Notes: generated by a model not told the origin, from the letters alone. Shown: positions 1 through 11,879, numbered from the stretch's first letter. The stretch: DNA of 64,000 nucleotides from Zygnema circumcarinatum SAG 698-1b (GCA_037447605.1 CM074810.1:2328880-2392879); one strand, 5' to 3'. Program-made: numbers and translations.

Positions 1-3000
1 ATTGGAGGGGGGAGGGAGGGGGCGGAGGGAGGCGGCAGGGTTCGCATTTGGGGGAGAGCGGCTCTGGGAACGCTTCACGGTAACCCTGCAAACTCCGAAC
101 CCTAAACCCTAAATCTTAAACCTTAATCCCTAAACCCTAAACTCCAAACCCTAACCCTCAACCCTAAATCTTAAACCTTAAACCTTAAAACCCTAACCCT
201 AAACTCCAAACCCTAAACCTTCAACTCTAAACCTTAAACCCTAAATTCCAAACCCTAATCCTTAAACCTTGAACCTTGAACCTAAACCCTAAACCTAAAC
301 TTCAAACCTCAAACCCTAATTTCTAAACCTTAAAATTTGAACCCTAACTCTAAATCTTGAATCTTAAACAATTTCAAACATCAAAGATAGTTGAAATTTT
401 CCCAAGTTCTTAGCAACAAACTAGAGAAGTTTCATAAGGAAAACCCAAAGAAATTCTTTGATTTCCGGCAATTTTTTTTTATATGTTTTTTATTTTCTTG
501 GGTTTGGAGGGACTGTTTGCAGGTGTTTATATTGTCTTCTGATGGAGCCATTTTTGCAATTTGTCCTCTTGTTCCATTTGGAAGGTGAGATTTTTTTCAA
601 AAACTCGGAATCTTATTTTAAAGAGGACTTTTAACGAGACCACTTAGCAAAATGCCATTAAAAAATGTTTTTTGGCATAAATGTGACTTAAAGAAGGGAG
701 CCATGTGACTCTGTGGTTGTGACTTTAACGAGGGGGGGGGTTGAGTGCAGTTTTTCTCCACGGAAAGTTTTAGAGGAGCTGAAACAAAATCTTGAGGAAG
801 AAAAGAATAACTTTCGAAGGGGGAGAGGGAAAATCGGATGTGCATATCTCGCATCTCATTGGCTGATGGAAAGTTTTCCGATTCTGGATGACAAGAAAAA
901 GAGCTCGAAATCAGGAAAAGGAGAGAGCAGAGATGTATCTTCTCCCACTCTCACTATGGCTCAACGATTCGCTCTCCCTCACACCTCTCTCGCTTTACAG
1001 GTGAGTTGTAAGAGAAGAGAGCGAGTGTGAGTGGGGGGAGGGGGGGAGGGAGGGAGGGAGAGAGGGGAAGATTGGGAGAGGAGGGAGAAAGGGCGAGGGA
1101 GGTCGATAGCGAGAGGGAGAGGGAGAGGATAAGGAGATGAAGGAGAGAGAGGAGGAAGGGGAGGAGAGAGAGAGGCGGGGAGGGTGGGGGAAGGGAGAGG
1201 CAGATGGAAAGTGATAGGGAGAGAGCGGGCGGGGGGAGAGAGAGAGAGAGGCGGGGAGGGTGGGGGAAGGGAGAGGCAGATGGAGAGTGATAGGGAGAGA
1301 GAGCCGGAGGGTAGAGAGAGAGAGAGAGGCGGGGAGGGACGGGGGGGAGGGAGGGAGAGACTTGGGGAGGAAATGGCTTTGCATTTCAGATGATAGATCG
1401 ACCTCCTACCCGCACTTTCTCTACCCCCTCCCCCATGCATGAACTAACAGTTTATTCTCATGAAAATTTTGAATAATGATAATAATAATAATTTTGAATG
1501 AATTTTCCCGCAGGGTCCTCTTCCCGTGGTCGGGAAAATGAGTGAAATTTTGAATAAGCGGTTCCAAGCAGGGGGGCTTTTGACTTCCTTAATCGGAAAG
1601 GATACTCTTCTCTTTTCTGTAACTATCCAGCGCGAAGTACTCGTTCATACTTTAGGAGGAGAAGTAGAGCCAAGATGGACCAGAGAAATTCCAAGTTTAA
1701 ATTGTAGCTTAGAAAATAGGCTCATTTCTGTGGCAACAAAAGTCAAACCTTTTGAAGGGCAGGAGTGGAGACCTCCATGGGTTGTGGGAGAGGAGGGAGA
1801 AGGAGAGGAGGTGGAGGGAGAGGAGGGAGAGGAAGGAGAGGAGGGCGGGGAGGGAGATAACGCAAGTAAAGGGATAAAGGGAGGAAGTGTAAGTCGAGAT
1901 TTTCCTTCATTACTGCTTGTAGGAGTAGCTGATTTTTCTCACTTTCCTGAAGAGAGAGAGGCTGCTCCTCTCCTTCTCCTCTCAGATCCATGGCTTCCGG
2001 AGAGAGTAATATGCTCTCACGCAGGGGGAGTGGATTCTCTCACAGTAAGGCTCCTCCCTTTCTCAGATGAATATTCGGAAACATTAAAATCTCAGCCAAG
2101 AAAAGAGCCCACTTTCCTTGAACTGGAAACATGCATAGATTTAAATTCAAGATCGGAATCTTCGACGGTTTTTTCCGGAGTCGCTATTGCGGGAGACACA
2201 GTGGGAGGGACTCTGCTTGTGGTGGGAACTACCGCAGGAGAGAGAGTGGTAGAGAGGCTCACTTTGGGAGAGGGAGGAGAGGGAGGGAAGGGAGGAGAGG
2301 TGGGAGGAGGAAAGGAGGGAGTGGGGGCAGAGAAGGGAGGGCTCAGCCATGATCTTCTTCAAGGCAATCAAAGGACAAGGAACTGGGTGTGTGATTCTCT
2401 CCCTGTTTCTCTTACTTCTTCCCTCTCCTTCCCTCTGCTTCCCTCTCCCTCCCTCTCTCTCTCTGTCTTCCCACCCTTCCCTGTTTCCTGGTATTCTCCT
2501 TCTCCGCCTTCATTGTGGACCTTAATGTACATTCCTTTGCTTGGAATTCAAACACGTTTCCACGTAGAGTTCTATTCTGTGAATCCTTTTCTAAGCAAAA
2601 AAGATCAAACTCTCTCTCTGTGTCTTACTCTCCTCCCTCTCTTTCCCCCCTTCTCCCCCCTCCCCTTCCCCTCTACCTCTACCTCTACCTCTACCTCTAC
2701 CTCTACCTCTACCTCTACCTCTACCTCTACCTCTACCTCTACCTCTACCTCTACCTCTACCTCTACCTCTACCTCTACCTCTACCTCTACCTCTACCTCT
2801 ACCTCTACCTCTACCTCTACCTCTACCTCTACCTCTACCTCTACCTCTACCTCTACCTCTACCTCTACCTCTACCTCTACCTCTACCTCTACCTCTACCT
2901 CTACCTCTACCTCTACCTCTACCTCTACCTCTACCTCTACCTCTACCTACCTCTACCTCTACCTCTACCTCTACCTCTACCTCTACCTCTACCTCTACCT

Positions 3001-4187
3001 CTACCTCTACCTCTACCTCTACCTCTACCTCTACCTCTACAGAGCACCACTGGGAGCACCCTAACTCTGGCATCAGTGGAGGGCCGAACTCTCCTTCACG
3101 AGAGATGCAAACTTCTTCACGAACAGTACTTGGAATATGCGCATCGGGTGAGAGAAGAAAAATAAAATAATGATAAAAATGGGAGGGTGGGGTTCTAAAT
3201 TTCGAGAGAGGAAGGAAGGTCAATCAAGATGGAGGAAGAAACTGAGACGATAAAGAAATAGTTAAGCAAAAAAATGAAAAGGGTAACTGACTTGGCCTTG
3301 GGATTCGAGTTCCTTTGCAGGCATATGTGGAGCTTAATGCAGAAGCATTGAGACTGAAGTATGTTGTGGATGACCAGAAGAAGGAGAGGGAGAGGTTGCG
3401 AGAGATAGTGGATGAGGAGCAGGAGAGGACCCACGAGCTTCAGGGAGCAGTACAGGCGAGAGTGCAAGCTGTGAGAGAGAGAGAGGAGAAGCTGGAGAAG
3501 ATCAGCCAGCTGACAACTCTCTCCCACTCTCCTCTCGCGGCGGAGGAGAGGAGGTACAGGCACCGGTTGGGTGAGTGCTTCGGGGGGAGCGTGGGGAGGA
3601 GAAGGGAGGGGAGGGGGAGAGCGAGAGGGGAGAGGAGAGGGGAGGGAGGAAAGGGAGAAGACAGGGCGAGGAGAGATGGTAGAGAGAGTGAGAGGAGATT
3701 TCATTTCAATTTTGTCGTTTGTTCCTTAAGGCATTTTCAGGATTTTTTTTTTTGTTTTTTCGCTTTTGCTCTCCCTGCCCCTCTCTGCTTGCCTCTCCCC
3801 TCCCCCTGTCCCTCTTCCCCTCCTCCACCCGCTCTCCACTCCTTCTCCCTCTCATTCTCCCCTCTTCTCCCCCTCTCTCGCCCTCTCCCCAAACCCTCCA
3901 TCTCCACAGATATGTGGCAATACGAAGAGGTCCCTCAGCTTTCTGCCAAAGTCAACCAGCTGGCAGACAGAGCGAAACGAGTTTTGAGGCTGAAGGAGAG
4001 GGAGGTAGAGAGCGCTCTCCCGCGGTCCCCTGTGAGAGAGGGACAGCCGGCGGTACCCAAAGCACAGATGCTGCGTGTGAAGGCAGCCGTGGAAGAACTG
4101 GCAAAAGTGATCGAGTTCCTTCTCGAAAACCTAAAAAGGGCGGAGGCTGCTTTGAGAGAGAAAGAGCTTCTCCTTCCCCATTCATAA
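1..4187 (+). CDS. NUP88: Nuclear pore complex protein NUP88/MOS7 homologue, 5'-partial. Exons <1-79, 523-584, 751-1000, 1514-2386, 3043-3147, 3321-3570, 3910-4187
   Basis: The spliced peptide contains LWERFT|VFILSSDGAIFAICPLVPFG, LASHWLMESFP, LQ|GPL, SDPWLPERVICSHAGGVDS and SVEGRTLLHERCKLLHEQYLEYAHR, matching plant NUP88 as recalled. All junctions are GT-AG and phase-compatible. Confidence 0.9.
95..365. repeat. Degenerate telomere-like (TAAACCC/TAAACCT)n array in NUP88 intron
   Basis: About 270 bp of imperfect CCCTAAA, CCTTAAA and CCTTGAA heptamers. Confidence 0.85.
2671..3040 (+). repeat. (CTCTAC)n microsatellite of about 61 units with one 2-nt phase slip near 2946; directly abuts the NUP88 acceptor AG at 3041-3042
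   Basis: Read directly from the sequence. It generates the spurious STST/YLYL/RGRG ORFs. Confidence 0.97.
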
Positions 4188-4899
4188 CGTTACTTCAGTC
4201 TGTACAGGTGAGAGGGTGTATGGGGTGAGGGAATAAGGAATGTCTGATGTCGACTCTGACGGGGATTCAGGTGTGCATGAGGTACTCTATAGGATGATGG
4301 GGAGGGAGAGAGAGAGAGAGGAGAGAGGGATAGCAACATGTCAGAAGTCCTGTAACATACGGACATACTCATCCATTTAGAACAGCCATGCCGTCATCCA
4401 AAAGGCATTCAACGAGACAAAGAAAAAGATGACTCTTTCCTGCCTGCTTCCCTCCCTCCCTCCCTCCCTCCCTCCCTCCCTCCNNNNNNNNNNTCCACGT
4501 ATGACACTGCTCCAATATACAACGCCTCCCCTCTACCTCTCTCTCATATCTCTGGTTCCTCTCCCTTGCCCTCCCCTCTCCCCTCCCCTCCCCCCCCCCC
4601 TCTCCCCTACCCTCTCCCCCACCTCTCCCCCACCTCTTCCTCCCCTCTCCCCCCCACCTCTCCCCTCCCCCCACTGCTCTCCCATCGTTCCCTTTCCCAT
4701 CTCCTTCCCTTCCCTATCTCCCCTCTCTCTCCTCACCTTTTATCGACACCTGATTCAACACCAGCACATACATCACAATGCGTGCCCCTAAAATCCAAAC
4801 CCTAATCTCCACTGCCTCCACTGCAATCTCCCCTCCTCCTATCCTAATCCTAACTCTAACCTTAACCTTAAACGCTCTCCACATCTCCACATCCACATG

Positions 4900-7148
4900 T
4901 CACAACTGGTCAGGGTTCATGATCTTCGGTCTCGGCCCCATTCTGGCAAAAGCGATTTCCTGCTTGTTCCGACTCGTGTGCACTATATGGAAGCCCTGCT
5001 GCTTCAGCACCTTTATACATTCTGCCTTCTTAACTGCCCCATCCTTCATCATTCTCTCATGGAACTCGATCAATATCTGGTCGGCCGGAATGGGCCGGTT
5101 TCTAAAGTCATCCGATAAGCAGATGTCCATCTCCACTCCCTCCACATCCATCTTCAACACATCCACCCACTTGTGTTCATGCATGCACATGAAGGTCCTG
5201 AACCGTAGAACTGCGGCTTGGAAACCTCCGTCTTTGTAGTTAACCTTCAAGTCATCCAACGCTACCGCCGTTTTTGACTGAATTTTGGGATTTTTGGACT
5301 GGAAAAAGGTGATCACTCCGTCCGTTGCGGCCAACCCTAACTGTTGGAACTTGAACTGTTCCGGAATCTCGTCCTTGTCGTGAACCTTGAAATTTCCTTT
5401 GACCTTTTCGGTTGTGATGGTCGGGTCGAATGCATGGACCTGGACAATGAAGAGTCGGTGAGCGAGCTAGTGAGAGAGAGAGAGTGTGAGAGAGAGAGTG
5501 AGAGAGAGGGCGAGAGAGAGAGAGACGGATTCCACGATGTCATGCTATACAGAGTTTAAAAAGAAGGCCCTTTCAAACCCCGAACCTTTTTGATTGTGTT
5601 GGAAGTCCACAATCAACTTCTTGCAAACTTAATGCGATCAATCAACCCGAAATAGTCCCAAGAAATATTGGAGCCTTACCGTCAACCCTTTCTCCACCAA
5701 GGCGTTATCAAAACTGACATCTCCTCCAATTCCGAACGAATACACAACCCCTCCTTCCTCTAAACGATCTCCACATAGAATCCACGCTCCGTAGTTATCG
5801 GGAGGCCGACCCCCAATAAGTTGAAGTCGACAAGTGCTGGATGAAGGTTGAATTCCGGACTGACTCCCGGCCTCCTCACCCTCCCCTACCACTTCAGCTT
5901 CTAATTCACTCCCTACTGTTGAAGATGTGAAGAAGCTTCCCACCATTCGAAAAACATTCTTGATAGCATCCGAAGCAGTCTTCACAGGTTTTTCGGGAAT
6001 ACTTTGCATAATTTGCCGTTCTGTCCTGCAGCGGTCAACAAGGAACATGTAAAAGGTAAGACTTTGCTTTACAATCATTGAATCTGTTGATTATTGTCCC
6101 TCCCCACCTCCCTCTATCTGACTACATCCTGAAGATCATAAAGTACTGGGTGGCAACTATTATCCAAAAAAAAAACAGCATTCAAAACAGTTGTGACTGC
6201 AACTGGAGGGATTCTAGATGAGTCAGAAGACCCTCCCCTCACCCTCGCTCCTGCTTCCTCTCTCTCTCCTTCCGTCTCTGTAACCGTCACACCAACCTCC
6301 ACCCTCACTAAATCCTCGTCTTCTTCCTCTTTTACCTACGCTTATTCTCCAGTCCTTTTCTCAATCTGTCTGACCTTATATCTCTCTCCCTCCCCCTCCA
6401 TTTTCTCCTCTCCATCGCCCTTCTCCTCCTTTTCCCCTCTGCTTGTCCGTCCCTCTGCTTTTCTCTCTCCAAATTTTCGCCTTGCTGCTCAAATAAATTA
6501 GCTATACTATCTAACCTTAGCAGCCCACGAAACAGCAATAATCCAGAACCAAAAATGCCCTAGGCTTTGAGATCCAGCAACAAAGTGACCACTTGAAAAA
6601 ATAAAATGAAAACTAACGTGAATACAGATCTGCAACCTAACTCCAACCTTCACTCTAAAACCATTATCAAAAACAACAAGAGGGATAACCTCTACCAGAT
6701 CCTGCACGATCCATTCCATAACTTGCAGTACAGTGTCTCCCTCCCTCCAACCTATTCCTCTCCCTCTACCACCTCCCTCACTCTACGACACCTCTCCTTC
6801 TACCACCTCCCTCACTCTACGACCTCTCTCCCACTACCACCTCCCTCACTCTACGAACTCTCTCCCTCTACCATCGTACCTTGCCAAGATCCCATCCGTC
6901 GCCGCTTCACCGCCTTCTTTCTCTACCTCCGGATTCTCTCCTGTCACCCTCTTCTCATACCTCAATCCGAGAATTGTGAGCTGCACAATGAGAGCGATCA
7001 GAAAGAGAATATGCCAAGTGCTGCAGCAGGCTCCCTTCCCCTTCTTGGAAGCAGATCCGCCTCCGCGGTACACCTCCTGCCTGGAGCCCCCCACGAGGTT
7101 CCAGCGGTGAAGGCCCGGAGAGCGCGGGGAGACTCTTGGAACCGCCAT
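4900..7148 (-). CDS. Type II membrane SAM-dependent methyltransferase (FkbM / Methyltransf_22, METTL24-like). Exons 7148-6880, possibly small unresolved exon(s) at 6.1-6.7 kb, about 6083-5680, 5439-4900
   Basis: N-terminal transmembrane segment HILFLIALIVQLTILGL. Core motifs YGAWILC, VYSFGIGGDVSFD, VHAFDPT, QLGLAATDG, VDVLKMDVEGVE and QILIEFH. Confidence 0.8.
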
Positions 7149-7164
7149 ATTGAAACCTAGGCTT

Positions 7165-7340
7165 GGAGTTATGCTTAAGGTTAGGGTTAGAATTCGGGGT
7201 AGAGTTGGTCACTCAGGGAGGCGGTCCTTAGTGTTAGGGAAAGAAGTAGGGACTTGGGTCAGTGTTAAAATGAGGGTTAGGATAAGAATTAGAGTTAAGG
7301 TTAGGGTTAGGGTTAGGGTGGGGTTAGGGTTACAGAGGTT
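7165..7340. repeat. TTAGGG/GTTAGG-like telo-box array just upstream of the methyltransferase start
   Basis: gttagggttagggttagggttagggtggggttagggtt at about 7295-7332, plus degenerate copies. Confidence 0.7.
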
Positions 7341-8234
7341 ATTCAAGGTTTGGAGATGCAATCTGATCGATTTCTACCTTTTCAAGGAGTACATTTCTCA
7401 TTATTTTTTCCCAGCAATGATTTATCAATGTCTACAAATGATGTCAAATATAATTTTGACGTATATTCTACACTGCCGAACTTTGGGATTCACGGACGCC
7501 GAGCTCCGGAAGGGGGAGGGAGAGAGGGAGAGTCAGAGATGCTGGGGGAGAGAGTGGAAAAGAGGAAGTGGGAGAGGGAGAGGGAGCGGGAGGCGGTCCT
7601 TAAATTCGCACGTGTGAAGCGACTGTGAACCGTGCTTATACTTCCGTGTAACAGTTCCAGTTACAGTAAAAAAAGCGCTGCAACTCATTCCCACAACTGC
7701 GACATACATTTCACATAGCACAGGTCGGACCAATCATTGCATCAACACTTGTCAATGGTTGGCAACTCATTGCCAATGATTGCGTCGATTGGAGCCAACC
7801 ATTGATAAACGGAACAAATTCCCCATAGATTGGTTGGAATCAACGGTCCCGACCGGACAAGTCCTTCGCGGAACCCTGCGGAGGGAGGAGGCCGACTGCC
7901 AAAAAAAAAACGGGCTGGACCAATAGCCATCGGCCACGTGGACACAAAATGTCAATGGCGTCTCGTGATTGGCCGATTTTTAGGGTTGGAATGCAGAAAG
8001 TGAAGGCGGGGTCCTCTGACGACAGCTGCGCTTCTGACACGGGGCGGGACGGCTGAGGTCAGCAGTAGGCTGGGAACGGGGGGAGAGAGAGAGGGGTGCG
8101 GTAGAGAGAGGCAGAGGGCGAGGGGTGAGAGAGAGGTAGAGGGAGGGGGAGAGGGAGAGCGGGAGCGGGAGGGGGAAAGGGAGAGGGAGACTCAGAGAAG
8201 AGTAAACCGAGGGAGAGAGAGACAAGGGGAGGGA

Positions 8235-8284
<50 letters not shown>

Positions 8285-8291
8285 AGGCGCC

Positions 8292-10383
8292 ATGGGGAAG
8301 GGCAGCGGGTGCATGTCGAGTTCGATGAAGAAGGCGCCGCCCACGAGCGACGAGAAGGTCGACGTGGCGGCTGATGTGGCGGCTGACGTGGATGCTGCGG
8401 CAGTGGCGCCGGTGGCGGTGCCGGCTGCTGACGCGGCGGACGGGAGTGCCGACGTCAAGGCGGAGGGCGCGCCGCCTGTGGAGGTGACGGAGGCGGCGGT
8501 GGAGAGTACGGGAGAGGCAGGTGAGGGAGGGAGGGAGAGGCGGAGAGGGAGGGAGTGGAGAGGCGGGAGGAATGGGACTAGGGGGGATGGAGTGGATGGA
8601 CAGAGGGGTGGTTAGGGAGGAAGGGCAGAAATGGGAATGGGGGGAGCGAGTGGGAGAGAAAGAGGAGAGAGGGGGAGGGGGGGGTGTGGAATGAAGGAGA
8701 GATAGAATGAGGGTGGAGAGAGGTAGGAGAGGGAGAAGGGGGGACGGAGAGGGGAATAGCGAGGGGGGAAATGGAGAAGAGAGAAAGTATGGGGAGAGGA
8801 CATGTTACCCTGTTTTTTGGTTTTTTTTAACCAAATTAATCCGGAAAGTAATGCTCCTCCTTCTTTCAAGAGATCACCACCTCTTGTACAGGTGTCAGGG
8901 CCACGTTTGAAAATATATTTTCCTCATTAGATCCTTTCGCAAGATATCCTTTGATCCAATTACCTTATAACCAGCATTAAAGGTTCTTTTTTTTTGGTGT
9001 GATATTTATCTGCAGAACCTGTGAAGCCCGCTGAAGAAGTAGCTGCCCCAGTTGAACCTGCAGCTCCGTTAGTTAAAATCTACATTGTGTAAGTTTTTGT
9101 ATATCTGCTCTCTTTTTGCTATCTCTTTCGACTCCGTTAATAAATGGACTTTCTTCGCTGGCCTCTTCGCAATGATTTTTTTTTTATTCTTCTTCTTTGT
9201 TTGTCTATTTATTGTTATCATTTCAGGTTTTATTCCATGTATGGACATATTGCGAAGCTGGCAGAGAAGATCAAGGAGGGAGTGGACAGTCTTGAAGGAG
9301 CTGAAGGAGTCCTATTTCAGGTATAAAAAGATATATACTTTTCTGTCCTTTCTTTTGTGGTTCTTTTTGAGCTAGTTGGAGGGGGTGAGAATGCGTTGAT
9401 GTTGCAGAGAGGGAGAGAGATAGAGATAGAGAGAGGACAGCTGAAAATAAAAAATGCAGATTAGCATGCTGGTAGGTAGAGTGAGCTGCAGTGGGAGAGA
9501 GAGATAGTGAGTTATTAAGAGAGAGAAAACACAGAGTGGCACATAGAAGTGTTCAAAGAGAGCAGCTCATTCCTATCTCTCATCTACCATACGAGCGATC
9601 CCTTCTCCCAACCCATTTTCCCACAACTTCGAACCCATCTTTTCCGACTCCTCAAACCTCGTCCATCTTCACCCCCTATCTACACCCCTTTCCCTACCCT
9701 ATTTCCCACCCCACTTACACCCCATTTGCACCCCATTATCAGGTGCCAGAAACTCTCCCGGAAACCGTTCTCCAGAAGATGGGCGCCCCCCCGAAACCTG
9801 CCCATATTCCGATCATCGAACCCAAAAATTTGGTCGATGCGGACGCTGTATTGTTCGGAATTCCGACCCGTTTCGGAATGATGTGCGCTCAAATGAAGGC
9901 GTTCTTTGACGCGACGGGCAGCCTCTGGCAGTCGCAGGCACTGGCGGGGAAGCCGGCAGGGTTCTTCTTCAGTACGGGGACGCAGGGGGGAGGGCAGGAG
10001 ACTACAGCGTAAGTTGGAGGGNNNNNNNNNNCTCTCTCTCTCTACCCCTCTCTTTATCCATCTCCCCAATATCTCCCTCCCTCTCTCCCTCTCTCCCCCT
10101 CTCCCCCTCCTCCTCCTGTCCATCTCTCACTCCCTTCCCTCTCCCTCCCTGCAGGATGACTGCCATCTCCCAGCTGGCCCATCACGCCATGCTCTTTGTC
10201 CCCGTGGGGTACACCTTCCAGGGCCTCTTCAGCATGGACGTGCATGGCGGCTCTCCGTACGGCTCCGGAACATTTGCAGGAGATGGAACACGCGTTCCGT
10301 TGGATTTGGAACTGGAACTGGCAATGCATCAGGGAAAGCTGATGGCTGGTGTGGCAATGAAGCTGAAGAGAGGAGCATATTGA
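8292..10383 (+). CDS. FQR1-like: Flavodoxin-like NAD(P)H:quinone oxidoreductase (FQR1-like 2/WrbA) with acylation-type N-terminus. Exons 8292-8520, 9016-9088, 9227-9320, 9743-10008, 10155-10383
   Basis: MGKGSGC start, VFYSMYGH, FGIPTRFG, STGTQGGGQETT and GGSPYG motifs. Splice phases are consistent. Confidence 0.95.
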
Positions 10384-10876
10384 GAGAGAGGGAGAGAGGG
10401 AGGGAAGAGTGGGAGAGAGGGAGAGGGGTTCTCGAGTTGGTTGCATAACGGCGAAGGCAGTTCATCTGACTTTGCTGCTTGTTAATTATTAGGGTTGGAT
10501 TGGGATGTTGAAGGGAAGGTTATGGTGAGGAGGTAGGTGGAATTGGTGAAGTTTCTTGGCTTTAGCCTCCTTTAGTGAGGGGAACGAAGAGGAGAGGGAG
10601 GGAGAGAGCTGTGAGGGAGTGAGGGAGGGAGGGAGATAGGGAAGGAGGAGGGAGGGAGGAATTAGAAGGAGATGATTTTTAGGTAGAAATCGGAGTTGAT
10701 CTGTTAGAGGTATAGCATGAGGGAGGTCCGTAGAGCATAGCAACAGGTTTAGGGTTAGAGTCGGTCATTTGTGGATCCCGCCATGCGGTTCGCATATCTA
10801 ATAAGTGGTCCTGTTCGTGGTTAAGACTGTCTGGGATTTATTCTACTTGTGTCCCCCCTGAAACCCTTAACCCTCG

Positions 10877-10940
10877 AAACCCTAAAACCCTAAAACCCTA
10901 AAACCCTAAAACCCTAAAACCCTAAAAAAAAAAAAAAAAA
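10877..10940. repeat. (AAAACCCT)n telomere variant (TTTTAGGG), 6 units, followed by A17
   Basis: Read directly from the sequence. Confidence 0.9.
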
Positions 10941-11050
10941 TTCTTCGTTAGGTAAGTTAAAGAGAGTAAAACTGGTGCTAAGACAACGTCGCCCTTCTTT
11001 ACCTTGTGAAATTGTCCATTTTTGCGCAGACGAAAACTTTTTCACGACAT
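10941..11050 (-). pseudogene. Bacterial RnpA-like N-terminal fragment (reads with TGA=Trp)
   Basis: ATG at 11050 gives MS(TGA)KSFRLRKNGQFHKVKKGDVVLAPVLL, resembling the RnpA start motif RLRKNxxFxKVxKKG. The frame runs into the poly(T). Confidence 0.4.
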
Positions 11051-11114
11051 TTAGTTGCAAGAAAACTCTTAAATTCATTTAAGGAAAGCTAATAACAATT
11101 AGCGGCATTTATCT

Positions 11115-11210
11115 ATGAAAAGGACCTGACAACCGAAAAAAGTTGAACGCTTGCGTAAGCACGGATTTCGGCAAAGGTCGGCCGATGGGGAGTAAGTGCG
11201 CGCTAATTAG
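11115..11210 (+). pseudogene. rpmH: Bacterial ribosomal protein L34-like sequence, decayed, with in-frame TGA at the Trp/Tyr position
   Basis: MKRT(TGA)QPKKVERLRKHGFRQRSADG matches the L34 consensus MKRT[WY]QPxKxKRxRxHGFRxRMSTADG. The C-terminus is eroded by deletions and stops. Confidence 0.75.
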
Positions 11211-11879
11211 TTCTTTATGAAATCTTTATAGAAGAAAAATAAAAATAAAAGAGTTTAGATCAACATAGCTTTTTGCGGATTCACGAGTTTCGTGAGTACT
11301 AACATTGCTTGCTACAAATAGAGGCAATTTATGTTATTACTTACTTTGTACTTTGAAAAAATGATTTCAACAAGTACCAACAACTTCACTTTCTGTTTCT
11401 GCTAAAGCAAGATGTTTTTTTCTTGGGAACGCTTCTCAGCAAAAGAAAGACGACGAAATTTCTCTAAAAGAACATTCTTTACGTAATTACTTCCAGCTAC
11501 TTGTAAAGTTTTTTCTCAAAGATTATCAAAATAAAAAACGAAAGAATACCTAAAATACCTTTTTATGAATAAAACAACCAAGGTTAGTAAAAGACAAGAC
11601 GGTACAAAAAAACAGTGATATTAACCAAATTCAATTTTAGAAAAGAATTTCTATCCCTTAACCTCGACCCCGCCCCCCCGAACAGCAGAACCAAACTGGG
11701 CTGCAACTGGAACTGGGGCAAAAAAACTGAAACTGGAAACTGAATTTCGGCTACAATTTCTCTATGTGAGCTGTACGGAAATTGAAATTGAACAGCCGTA
11801 CTGCATGTGTGACCTATTTTTTGTCGTTTCTGAACACGGAAACGCCACAGAAGGGCGACGTGCCAAGCAGCCGTATGGT

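Noticed and set aside
2515-3223. Long ORFs reading STST, YLYL, PLPL and RGRG
   Set aside because: They are translations of the (CTCTAC)n intronic microsatellite, not proteins.
8292-8520. Ala/Asp/Val-rich N-terminal extension with an MGxxxxC acylation signal on FQR
   Set aside because: This architecture is already known from land-plant FQR1-like 2 proteins.
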